Shown here in pieces: positions 13,068 to 23,765 of a stretch of 64,000 nt of DNA (position 1 is the stretch's first letter; every line of letters begins with the position of its first letter). A program made the translations under genes and the position numbers. The notes beneath the pieces were generated by a model. It made no database searches, was not told where the DNA came from, and saw only the letters and a program-made list of their open reading frames with translations. This stretch comes from a virus (taxonomy: Duplodnaviria; Caudoviricetes): the IMG/VR virus record IMGVR_UViG_3300011008_000999. One strand, 5' to 3'.

Positions 13068-13547
13068 TTAATCTGCACTATATTCTCTATACCAATTTTC
13101 ATCATCAGAGTCTAAGTATTTATATTCTGGTGCAGGACCAATATTTGGTCTTCCATACTCACCATCTCTAAAATATTTTACTTCTGAGTCAGTTCCAAAT
13201 ATAGCAAACTTAAGTACTTCTTTGCTCCAACCATCAGGAACTCCCATATCTTCAGGATGATCCTTATACTTATCTACTGCTTCTTGAAAATATCTATCGT
13301 GACCACCATAAATAATCTCTTCTACACCTGAGATATAGAGGAAATTGACTAACTTATCTATATTCTCACGATCAGATTTCCAACCATGAATAATAGAATA
13401 TATAACTTTTTCTGATGGCTTCAAAGAAGTTTCATCATCTACATAAATGAATCTCTGTGGTACGTGAATACCCTGACTCTTAGGAATAATAAGTACATTA
13501 GCACTAGAGCTGTTTGTTTCAAACATTGAATGTCTAATCTGAATCAT
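13068..13547 (-). CDS. FETNSSS-motif family protein 4
   Basis: MIQIRHSMFETNSSSAN. Confidence 0.75.
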   Translation of the reverse strand: MIQIRHSMFETNSSSANVLIIPKSQGIHVPQRFIYVDDETSLKPSEKVIYSIIHGWKSDRENIDKLVNFLYISGVEEIIYGGHDRYFQEAVDKYKDHPEDMGVPDGWSKEVLKFAIFGTDSEVKYFRDGEYGRPNIGPAPEYKYLDSDDENWYREYSAD

Positions 13548-13559
13548 ATTATCATCTCC

Positions 13560-13982
13560 TTATCTATGAATATCTAAAACCGTAAAATCTTTTGGAATAT
13601 TTTTATATTCATCATAATCTGGCGTATCTAAATATATTGAACTTGAATCAAATAAAAATGCATCGAGGTCTTCTTGTTTCATATTATAGCCAAACATATA
13701 AGAATCATAATCAAATGTATCACCTACATCATTAATTATATTGATACCTTTATAGCTTAAATACTGAATAAATTCTGCTGCATGACCTTCATCTTCAGCT
13801 TTATTATACATAAAAGCTAATTTATCTTCTACAGAAGCATTTTTATCTAAACTATATGTATCAACCATTAATCTAGACATTTTTATTTCTTTAGGTATTT
13901 TTAATGACGGATTAGGTGGAATGCAAAATACATCTGCACTAGAACTATTAGTCTCAAACATCGACTGTCTAATTTGTATCAT
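13560..13982 (-). CDS. FETNSSS-motif family protein 5
   Basis: MIQIRQSMFETNSSSAD. Confidence 0.75.
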   Translation of the reverse strand: MIQIRQSMFETNSSSADVFCIPPNPSLKIPKEIKMSRLMVDTYSLDKNASVEDKLAFMYNKAEDEGHAAEFIQYLSYKGINIINDVGDTFDYDSYMFGYNMKQEDLDAFLFDSSSIYLDTPDYDEYKNIPKDFTVLDIHR

Positions 13983-13998
13983 AATATATTCCTCCTAT

Positions 13999-14466
13999 CT
14001 ACCAATTTCCATCTTCATCATCTTCTAAGTTAGTTTCACATTCCTCTTCAAATGTACACATAATAATCTCATACATATCAGTACCTTTGAAAGTATGTAT
14101 ATTCTGAAATGGTTCATTTGAAGGATTACACTCCTGAAGTAAACTTCCTGGAATATCTGCTTTATAGACACATGAGTTGATGTCTTTATAATATTCACAT
14201 CTATTATTCCAGTCATACTCAAAGTTATTTTGGTTTAATGAGTCTATATCAACTTTTAGAACTACTATATCTTCAGGACATTCATCTGCACACTCTGCAT
14301 AAGCTTCTGCAGCATCAGCATTTAGTGCTAGAAATATCTTACCTTTAAGAGCTTCTACACCTATTTCATCCTTAAAGGCATGTTCAGGCGGGTTAATTAA
14401 CAGTCCATTTTGTTTTATAGACTCTAAATTTTTTCTGTCAGTTGCATGATAGAGATATAAACTCAT
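13999..14466 (-). CDS. Putative ADP-ribosyltransferase-fold protein
   Basis: LYHAT...NLESIKQNGL start and IFLA...AEAYA, typical of H-Y type ART/Tpt1-like domains. Confidence 0.5.
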   Translation of the reverse strand: MSLYLYHATDRKNLESIKQNGLLINPPEHAFKDEIGVEALKGKIFLALNADAAEAYAECADECPEDIVVLKVDIDSLNQNNFEYDWNNRCEYYKDINSCVYKADIPGSLLQECNPSNEPFQNIHTFKGTDMYEIIMCTFEEECETNLEDDEDGNW

Positions 14467-15697
14467 GTTGTTACCTCCTCATCATTAGTCATTTTATGGC
14501 TTTTCTACTAAAATATCAAATCCTCTACCGTAATATCTATTACCTTCGTCACCATAAACATCGATTATCTTTATTTTAGTATCTTCTGCATATACAAAAA
14601 TTTGAATCACTTCATCATAATTTCTCTGGTCATATACAAGTTCGACATTAGTAATAGCATTATCACATTTATTAAGTTCTTCTAAGTAATACCAACCATT
14701 ACCACATCCGCCACAACCTTCATTAGTGCGAATTCTTAACTGTGTTCCATCATTTAAGATTATATATCCGTTTTGATCATCAATAATATGTACTTCATCG
14801 ATCTTTTTATATAATAATACTTTTTTGAGCTCTTCAATATCTTCGCCATCTATTATCATACCAATAGTCCTTTCATCTAGTATGTTTTAAGTAAAAATGG
14901 CCTACCTCAAAAGAGGTAAGCCATCATTGTTCACATTCATTCTATTAATAATAAATAGCTCTTTAAGTGGTTTTTAGCCTCAATGGCTATCTCTCCAAAT
15001 ATTGTGTTTTTCTCTAGCGACTTCACAATATTCAGTATAGTACTTGAAAGTAGCGTCCATTACTTCAGACACATACTCAGAGAAAAATTCATCTTTACTC
15101 ATGACATGCATACATGAAAAATCTGAACTAGCTCTCAATTTGATTGATTCAAATATCTCTTTTAACTTCTCTTCACTTTTCATATAACCTCCTTACTGAA
15201 CAAAATCCTTAATATCTGTAAAGACTAGAATCTTAATATCATCTTTATACTTAGAAGCATTCTCAAAGTCTTTTATATATGTATCGCATCTTTTAAGAAC
15301 TGCGTTCTTATCTATATCTTGAGGAATCCTAAGACAAGATTCCTTACAACCATCTGTCATAATTACGATAGATGCAAATCCATCTTTAACTGCTTCCTTA
15401 TACTTCTTCTCATAATCAGCAAGAACTAGAATCGCATAAAGCAAACAACCAAGATCATAAATACTATTAGGTCCATAGAATTCTTTTGCAATAGTATCAA
15501 GTTCTTTAGTATTAAAATCAAACTGATCAGGTCCGCCCCAACTATCCTGAGACCAGAAACCTTTATTTATTCCATTAAGGCAAATATTTCCTTGATAAAT
15601 GTCAAAACCTTCATGATCTTTAAACTTTTTAAGGTTCTTAAGTGAAATTCCTTTAATACTTGCCATGTTATAATACCTCCTTAAATATTATGGTTTT

Positions 15698-15731
15698 ATT
15701 ATAACATGAATTTGATAAAATGTAAATAGTT
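15698..15731 (-). promoter_or_regulatory. Class 1 promoter
   Basis: AACTATTTACA...TGTTATAAT. Confidence 0.75.
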
Positions 15732-16115
15732 TTTACCAGTCATCTCCAACTAAAATATCAAGACATTTGTCACCATCATGATCAAACCAATTATATCCAA
15801 GTACCTTAGCTTTTTCAGAATAACTATCTCCATCTAATGACGTGAGAATATTTTTATCCCACTTAAATACTCCACAAAATCCAATAATATCATTAGTTAT
15901 AACATCTACACTATGTACCTGTACAATATTAATAGTAGTATCTTTAAACATTTCATTAAAAGATATTGGATTGTCTACTATAGTAAAATTCTGGTATCTA
16001 GGTAATTTCTTTATAATTTCCTTCCACATAGTAAATCTCCTTAAAGAAAAACACTTACTTATTATCTAAGTAAGCGTTATATCATTACTAGTTCTTACAT
16101 ACAAATTAATGTTGT

Positions 16116-16664
16116 TTATGCTATTAAAGAAGAAATATGATAACCTCTAACAAAATCATATGTTTCTTCTACATTTAAAAGTGTTTTAGCTGTATCTTCA
16201 ACAAAGATTATTTCTCTGTTGTGTTTATCATGAATTTCTTTTAACTTTTCCAGTTTTTCCTTTGAATTTCTGACATGAATCACATTTTCTTCTTTTATAG
16301 TTGGAAAAAATTTTTTTATAGCTTCATTTTTTCCTTTTTCGACATTTTCCTGCGTTACAGTTAAAATATATACATCTTCTTCATATAATTCATTTAATAT
16401 ATACTGCATTGTTTTAGGAATTTTAACGTTTTCATAAATATTATGTAATTTTGAATATTCGTTTATATCATTATCTTTACAAGGAAGAAGTCTATCATTT
16501 GCATAATCAAAATGTGTTAATGTTCCATCAAAATCAAATACAATAGTTTTAAATTTCAGTAAAGATATAAGATCCAAAACATTTCTTATATATTCTTCTT
16601 TTAAGCTAGATATATCAATATCATTTAACATTCTTCCAGCGTTTATAATATTATCACCAAACAT
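16116..16664 (-). CDS. HAD-superfamily hydrolase
   Basis: FDFDGTL motif I and FVED motif IV. Confidence 0.7.
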   Translation of the reverse strand: MFGDNIINAGRMLNDIDISSLKEEYIRNVLDLISLLKFKTIVFDFDGTLTHFDYANDRLLPCKDNDINEYSKLHNIYENVKIPKTMQYILNELYEEDVYILTVTQENVEKGKNEAIKKFFPTIKEENVIHVRNSKEKLEKLKEIHDKHNREIIFVEDTAKTLLNVEETYDFVRGYHISSLIA

Positions 16665-16702
16665 ATATTAAAATTAAACTTACCTTTCTTGAATAATTAT
16701 TT

Positions 16703-16785
16703 CTCCCTCATAGAATATAATATGCAGCTTAGCGATGACGGCACTATTACTCAAAGACTTATAGCTTCCTTTGCTCCCTGCATAT
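16703..16785 (-). ncRNA. Structured RNA motif, copy B
   Basis: Homologous to 17529-17610 with compensatory changes in two stems. Confidence 0.6.
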
Positions 16786-17214
16786 TTAATTGTAGAGATA
16801 CTCGTATATCTCCAATGCTGACATTTCTTTTTCTTCACCAGCAATTCTAACTTTAATCTTTTCATCCTTGTCAAATTCTCTACCAGTGATCCAAACTTTT
16901 CCTGTCCAATCAGTAGGCTTGTAGTCTGCCATATCATTCAGACCTATTTTCTGCATCTTCTTATTTCGAGAATACATAACAGATCTACCTATTCTCAAAA
17001 TTTCTGCAGCTTCTTGAACTGAGTTAGCAACTGCAACTACACCATTCATTCCTTTAAAAGGATAAAATTCTGTCTGTTTTATATCAACTAACGCAACTGA
17101 TATTTTATTGTTATGTTCAATTTATTTTAGGCACTAGGCCTAAATACAATGGAATATGACATTCCTCAAAGTAACACTATTGTGCGAAATGAGTCCTCGT
17201 TTAGCTGTCTCCAT
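16786..17214 (-). CDS. FtsK-like ATPase fragment 2 with 12-aa intein C-tag, interrupted by a 24-nt stop-containing insert
   Basis: RBS AAGGAGGTG; METAKRGLISHN|SVTLRNVIFHCI[24 nt]EHNNKISVALVDIKQTEF aligns without gaps to the post-Walker-A region of the 42370 gene; in frame with ORF 16786-17049. Confidence 0.75.
17119..17145 (-). other. Candidate translational bypass (byp-like) element or micro-intron
   Basis: ATT TAG GCC TAG TGC CTA AAA TAA ATT: matched ATT codons, stop right after the first, hairpin TTTAGGC-CTAGT-GCCTAAA. Confidence 0.55.
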
Positions 17215-17521
17215 TGTAATCATCACCTCCTTTTATAAACTGTTTAGTTTGAGCTATATTTTTACATTGTTTACAACAATACATCTGATAACCTCTTGTA
17301 AAGTTAATGTACTTAGTAGGTTTATTACAAACTAAACATTTCCCTTCATTATTAGATTTTATATATGTATCATAATATTCTTTGCAAGTAATCTGTTCAT
17401 CAAATCTAATATGCGCAGACAGATAATTACCATTTTGAAAAGTCTGATTACATATTAGACATGTCATTGGATTATTTTTTATTTTAGGTACATATTCTTT
17501 TCCACAAATAAGACATTTCAT
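17201..17521 (-). CDS. Zinc-finger protein homologous to the N-terminal domain of the intron endonucleases; no nuclease domain
   Basis: CxxC...H...EYYDxYIK...CLVCNKPTKY...GY..YC..C as in 37323, 39323 and 41284. Confidence 0.7.
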   Translation of the reverse strand: MKCLICGKEYVPKIKNNPMTCLICNQTFQNGNYLSAHIRFDEQITCKEYYDTYIKSNNEGKCLVCNKPTKYINFTRGYQMYCCKQCKNIAQTKQFIKGGDDYNGDS

Positions 17522-17528
17522 GTTATTT

Positions 17529-17610
17529 CTCCTTAATAGAAATATAATAAAGCAGCTTGATGATTAAGGCATCATTATCTCTTTAGTTAGCTAGACCAAA
17601 GCTACCTGCT
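17529..17610 (-). ncRNA. Structured 5'-leader RNA motif, copy A (putative RBS-sequestering pseudoknot)
   Basis: GCAG/CUGC closing stem, two hairpins, loop CCUUAAU complementary to AUUAAGG overlapping the RBS of 17521. Confidence 0.6.
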
Positions 17611-19134
17611 GTATTATTAAATAGTCTTAGTACATAAGTCGTGTTTCTCCATGATTAGTAAGAACAAATAAAGTTTCTTCTGATTTCTTTATTACATAAT
17701 TCTTAAGTTCATAGTCATAAATCTGAATTTCAGTATCTGTAGGAATAGATTTAAGATATAACATATCCCATTTAATATTCATGACTTTTTCTAAGTCATC
17801 TTCAGATGCAAAATCTTTGAATCCTAAAGTTTTTCCTGAGCTATACATAAGGCCTATAAGATTTCCAGCTTTAGAAAGTTTATAGGCGTCTCTAATCAAT
17901 TTTTCTAACATAGTCATACCTCCTATTTAAGTCTTTTGACTTTTTATTATTAGCTAACCTCTCTGATCAAATTCCCAACCTTTTTTATCATCATACCAAA
18001 AAGTGAGGAAAGTACAACCATTAGATCCACCAGATGGATGAGTATATCTAAAACTTGCAGTTCCCCAATAATGAGGTATAGTTTCTTCTCCATCATCTGA
18101 TCTACAGTATACTTCAGAGTTAAAATTAGCAATATAGATTTCTTTAAACATAAGCTTTAAGAATCCAACCTGATCTGCTAAATCCTGAGATTCAAAATCA
18201 ATAATTATAGTACCTCTAGATTCTCTTACTTTCTTAGTAAATTTAAGATCAGTTAGATCAGTAAGTCTTCTAAGTTCTGAATATAACTCCTCCATAGGAA
18301 TATTTTCAGCCCATTCTAAAAGTTGTTCTTGTGTCATATCATAATCCTCCGCATTATGAGTCTTTTATCTTATCGAAATGAATTTCCCTATAATGATTAT
18401 TTATATCATTATATCGATTAATTGCTTCTTTAAGATTAAAATTAGTATTTTCAAAAGTTACACCTTTGCTGCTTCCTATATAATTTCCTCTTTCATTATA
18501 GAATCCAGATCCTATAACAAAATTCCACTCATTTATATGTTCATCAGCATCACTATTAAGCTTATCATATAATGTAAATCTACCATGAAGTCCTTCTTCA
18601 TCTAATTCAATATTAGCAAATCCATCAATTATATCTGGAATATTGTCTCTACCAGTAGTATAAGTATTAATAAAACACCAATACAGTAATTCTTTAGTAG
18701 ATCCAGTTTCAATACTCTTTGCTAATACTGGAACTAACATGTGCCACTTAACATTCCAAATTGAATTTGGATTAGTTAGTTTATCTTGCCACTCTTCATC
18801 TTCTTTTTCTTTCTTAAGTCTCTTTTCGCGCTGTTCGTCAGTTTCTCTTATAATTGCAAACTGTAACTGTTCTTTACTAGGTTTAACATCTTCATATTTC
18901 ATTAGTAACTTTAGTAAATAATCACTTATAGGTGCTGCTGCATGAATTTCAAATGGAAGATCAAATATATGAAACTTATCTGAATTATAATCAATATCAG
19001 CTTTATCTTGTCTATGCGACTCTAACCATTTTTTATCTTCATCAGAAAAGATATAACCAGTACGTCTTTCTAAATCAGATATAGTCTGATTTCCTAGATA
19101 TATTGCCATGGCTATGTACTCCTATTTTCTTAAC

Positions 19135-19491
19135 CTATATAAAATCTGACAAATATTGATCTTTCTTTACGATTATGGCATTAGGAAATATTGTACGTTC
19201 TAAGTTAAATACATATTGATTAGGAACAAATTTACCCATAGGTCGATTTTCTAATCTATCTCTCATCATTTCTATTGATTCTGCTAGATAAGCTTGATCT
19301 ATTAAAGATAAATCTATTCCCTCAATATTATTTATAAAGACTATTTTATATTTCTTAGCTGCATGCATTACATAGTCATAATAAGACTTATATGATGACT
19401 GTTGATAGTAATAGTAATCTGCATCAAAACAACTAGGATTAGCTCTACAGTATGTAGTTTTTCCTAAGCCACAAGAAGCGTATATAATCAT
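19135..19491 (-). CDS. Small P-loop NTPase
   Basis: ASCGLGKTT near the N-terminus. Confidence 0.6.
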   Translation of the reverse strand: MIIYASCGLGKTTYCRANPSCFDADYYYYQQSSYKSYYDYVMHAAKKYKIVFINNIEGIDLSLIDQAYLAESIEMMRDRLENRPMGKFVPNQYVFNLERTIFPNAIIVKKDQYLSDFI

Positions 19492-19708
19492 AATCGTTTT
19501 TCATCTAATAGTCTTTCGACTAACTGTCTATTAAGTTTCTGTTCATTTTCAAGTTCAGCCTGAAGTTCTTTGATTCGTTTTTCGAACTTCTTTCTTTCTC
19601 TTTCATCTAAACGAATTTCTCTATCTCTGTATTCTACTTTACATGCACTGCAATTACTTGAGCAATTGCTTCCTGATCCATCACAACTAGGCATAGTTAT
19701 GTACTCCT

Positions 19709-20390
19709 TTATTCACTCACTTTAAGTTTTAACATATACAAAATTACTGCTTTGAGAATATCGCAAGTATAGTTTTTATTGATTTCTTTGTTATTTTCTT
19801 TACATCCGCCACCACAAATATCTGAAATAGAACATCCTTGACATTTTTCAGGTAATGTAAAGTTATAACCTAACTTGTACTTATGCTGCGCTTTAAGTTC
19901 TCCAATAATATCATCAGTTTCAAATATATTGCAGATTTTTTCTTTATATACCGTAGTCTGACATGGATAAATGTCTCCATTTACAAAGACTGTAATAAGT
20001 TTTTCACCGGCAGTACAACCTTCATACATAGTATTTATCATGATATTACTGAACTTAAATCTATTGTAGTAATCATAATTATGTTTCTTGAGAATGTCAA
20101 GTACATTACACATTTTGTCTATAATGACATTCATATCCATTTCACCACAGAAGAAATGATCTAAATATACTCCCCAACCAAGATTTCTTTCTGCTATCCA
20201 TTCAGCAAGTTCTTCAATATCGTCAAAGCTATTCTTATCAATAACTGAAGAAATTTCAATAGGTTTATTGTATGCAATAACTCTATCAATATTCTTTTTT
20301 ACAATTTCTGCAGAACTTTCACCATTATGAAATGGTTTAGAATAAGAAAATCCATCTAATGAAATACTAAAACTAACATTCTTATCTTTA
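19709..20390 (-). pseudogene. C-terminal half of a radical SAM/SPASM protein lacking CxxxCxxC
   Basis: ISLDG, C-GEK...GDIYPC and CxxCxxxxxCxGGC SPASM motifs; 5' end replaced by a FETNSSS gene fragment. Confidence 0.7.
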
Positions 20391-20534
20391 GTATTCAGTA
20401 TCAGCACTCCATCCATATTCTCCGCCTGTAAGAAATACTTTGTGTGGTACACTGACTGGAACATCTTTTGGAATTACTAATACATGAACACTAGAACTAT
20501 TAGTTTCAAACTGTCCAAGTCTAACCTGAATCAT
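20388..20534 (-). pseudogene. FETNSSS-motif family protein 6, truncated (48 aa, not in ORF track)
   Basis: MIQVRLGQFETNSSSVHVLVIPKDVPVSVPHKVFLTGGEYGWSADTEY*. Confidence 0.7.
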
Positions 20535-21196
20535 TCATCTTCCTCCATAGTATCTACATAAATGCTACTAATTTTGCAAAAGTAGTTAAGATCCTTAATA
20601 AGATCCTGGATATTATCTACTATCTCTTCATAAGTTAAATCATAATCTTCAAAATACTGAAGGTTGTCTCGTTCTCTTTCAATATCATCAAGATTATTTT
20701 CTAAATCTGTTTTGTCATACTCCTCAGGAAAATGTTCATGGATTTCTTTCCAACATTTCTCAAGTATAGAAAGAACTTTCTCCATTTCAATTTCTTCAGC
20801 AGCATTTTTTAACGCTAAACCATTCTTTAATGAGTATCTATAATTCATCTATTTTTTATCTCCTAGTTTTATTGTCAACTATATCATCGAACCAATAGGC
20901 TCCAATCTCAAATCTTGCAGCAAAGATTCTATTAGCATTTGAAATGTCATCAAGTTTAATAGAAACAATGTTTAGTTCATCTGGATATGCATTATCACTA
21001 GTAAGTCTATATACGTCATTCATTAACTTACCGGACGTTACATATACATCATCTGATTTCAGATCACATCCATTCTCTTCAAACCATCCTTTAAGAGCTT
21101 CAAGATTATCATCATCAATATTAAAACCAACCATTGTAAAAGCAGATTCATTATAAAGTTCTTTGAGATCTGATTCTTTAGTTCGAATAATATTCA

Positions 21197-21616
21197 TTAG
21201 TATCTACCTCCATTAAAATTTGCCATTTCTTTCTTTAGATAGTAGTTACGATAATCTTCATCTATAACAGCTCCACCTAAGAAAAGTCTGTTATCTCTCA
21301 TTTCTACATGTTTAACGATACAATTACACATAATAACAAATTTATCATTATGAGATGCATAATATACTTCATCGCAGAATACTAATTTTACTTCAGAGTT
21401 TGGTTCAATATTTACTCTTGAAAGATCTACATCTGCATCTATTGTTATGCCTATTCCTAATTCTGAAATATCATGTACATGACCCTCAATTTCAAAGTTA
21501 GTATTTTCCATATATAATAAAATCGGTACATCAACAATAGACAGGCGAGAATACAATCGTCTGTCATTATACATGATTATCTTCCTCCCATTTATTTTTA
21601 GCTTTCCTGATCCCAA
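21197..21616 (-). CDS. PilZ-domain (c-di-GMP receptor) protein
   Basis: RxxxR (RLYSR) and DxSxxG (DISELG) motifs. Confidence 0.75.
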   Translation of the reverse strand: MGSGKLKINGRKIIMYNDRRLYSRLSIVDVPILLYMENTNFEIEGHVHDISELGIGITIDADVDLSRVNIEPNSEVKLVFCDEVYYASHNDKFVIMCNCIVKHVEMRDNRLFLGGAVIDEDYRNYYLKKEMANFNGGRY

Positions 21617-22916
21617 GGCATATAGTCTACTTTGCGAAGATCATCTCTAATTACAGAAGTTTCATTATCTTCCGCAATGAAAAATTCCTTATCTTTTATA
21701 CTAGGTCCAAGATAAGTAAAAAACTTATAAGGCTTAGCCATAGACTGAACAGTTTCTCCGCGCTTAATGTTAGACTCAGTGATCATAATTGCTCCTTTGT
21801 ATAGAATTAAATAATGTGTTAACTAAACAAGATGTTACTTGCATAATAAAAGACCTATCGTATGTATATACTATAGAATCTCCTATTTTTTCTATATTAC
21901 CTAAAACTGAAATACGGTCGTAACCCTCTTTTGAAAAATCATTACCTTGTATAGTTAAGGTTGCTAATTCAGATTGAAATCTTTTCAAATCTGCTTCTGG
22001 AAGACCATTTACTTCTACCTTAATACCAGTTTTCTCATCTATAAAGTATGCTTCACCATTTTGAATTTCAAGATACATAGTAGTAACTCTTTGATTCAGT
22101 ACCATTACTAGAAACATAGTAGTTACATATATAGCTTCACTATCATGTAGAAAATGGCCTTGTATACAAATAGTGCTAGGATAATGACCTTTATCTGTAC
22201 ACACTTTCATAGCATTAAGAACTATTTGATATTGTTCAGGTGTAAGTATTACAGGCAATCCAGTAAATATATCTGTAAGATAATGTGACATTTGTCCACT
22301 CTTAAGATCAAAAACCATTGATGTAGAGCAGACAATAAATATGTCCTGAACGATCATTAAAAAATCTCCTTAGTTCACCCAAATATTATCAAACAACTGA
22401 TCTCTATCTACAGTAGTATCAATTGTGAATGGTACAAATTCAGGTGTATGTTTATAATTGATTGGACTAATTCTCATATAGAGACTTTCATCCTTATATA
22501 TAAGCTCTTCATTCTTTGGAAATTGAATATGATTAAATGTTGAGTTAAGTTCATTAATATACTGAACTAACTGATTTTCAAGGAAGTTAATAAACTGCAC
22601 ATCATCAGCAAGACCATCATACCAATCATCTTCATTGAAGTTATCTCTAGAATCATTGATTTTTATACGAATTTCAAACTCACCATTGTCTTCATCAAGT
22701 GGTTGATCTATATACAAAATAATTTTAAGATCACCAAACTTATCTGAATGATAATTAAGCTTTTTATCTGCCTCTCCTGCAAGATCATACATAACACCAT
22801 TAAGATACTCGATATATTCTTCCCAGTTATCTACAGAACCAGTATCTACTGATAATACATTATCAAATTTGATTTCTGATAGTATCTCGTGCATTCTAAA
22901 CTCCTCCATTTATTTT

Positions 22917-22950
22917 ATTATAACACGATTAGATTAATTTGTAAATAGTT
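22917..22950 (-). promoter_or_regulatory. Class 1 promoter
   Basis: AACTATTTACA...TGTTATAAT. Confidence 0.7.
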
Positions 22951-23408
22951 TGTTATAAAGCCTCTTTACTGCGTCAATATCTACTCTACCAAAATCTAAA
23001 TCGCCGTATTCTTCATCTCCAATATTATTTGCAGCAGTAATAAGTTTCATACAAAGATCTCTACCACAGGCTTTCATAGTTCCATCTTCATTAAATACGT
23101 TACGATACGCTGATTCAAATAATGCAATGTTTAATTCGGTCTGATTCATTTTTCATCGTCCTTTCTATTATTAATTATTTCTATAATGAGTTCAATTAGT
23201 AGTTTAAATAAATATAGTCTTATTCCTATACTAAATAAGACTATTCTTATATTAAAGTTAAATAGCTCAAAATTCTTAAATTAAGACGTATCTATTATCA
23301 GCTATAAGCTGTCTTATAGCTGAGATTAAAAGTCATAAACTAATAATCCCAGCTACGCAGCATAACACAAAAACTTCGTACTAATTGTCAGTTAATACAG
23401 TTTAATCA

Positions 23409-23765
23409 TTACTGCACATAGATCGCGAATTGATGATCTGGTGCATCAGTAGTAATACATTGTACTATTTCAGGATCTATTTTTCTAATAGATTTAATAG
23501 TTGGTCCGTCTTTTGTTCCAACATGTCTACCTTTATACCAATCAAATTCTTGATATATACCTTCAGCATCAATTGTGTACATTTTATCATTTATGAATAC
23601 ATTCCACTGATGCACATTAGAACATTTAACTTTACCATTACTAAATGTAATTTCATACATATTGTAAGATACTTTAGCAGTAGTCTTTTCAATTACTTTA
23701 TGAAACTGTCCATCAGTTCCTAGTACTAAGTCACCTACTTCAACCTCTTCAATAGTTTTCTTCAT
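23409..23765 (-). CDS. Free-standing intein/Hint core (blocks N2, B, F; no block A, block G or exteins), class-3-like
   Basis: KTIEEVEVGDLVLGTDG, CSNVHQW (block B His + Trp), VQCITTDAPDHQF (block F Cys). Confidence 0.8.
   Translation of the reverse strand: MKKTIEEVEVGDLVLGTDGQFHKVIEKTTAKVSYNMYEITFSNGKVKCSNVHQWNVFINDKMYTIDAEGIYQEFDWYKGRHVGTKDGPTIKSIRKIDPEIVQCITTDAPDHQFAIYVQ

Noticed and set aside
1809-13982. FETN|SSS leaders as short intein C-tags for the free cores
   Set aside because: Asn-Ser fits, but there is no penultimate His or block G pattern, and true HN|S tags exist elsewhere in the window; kept only as a weak alternative.
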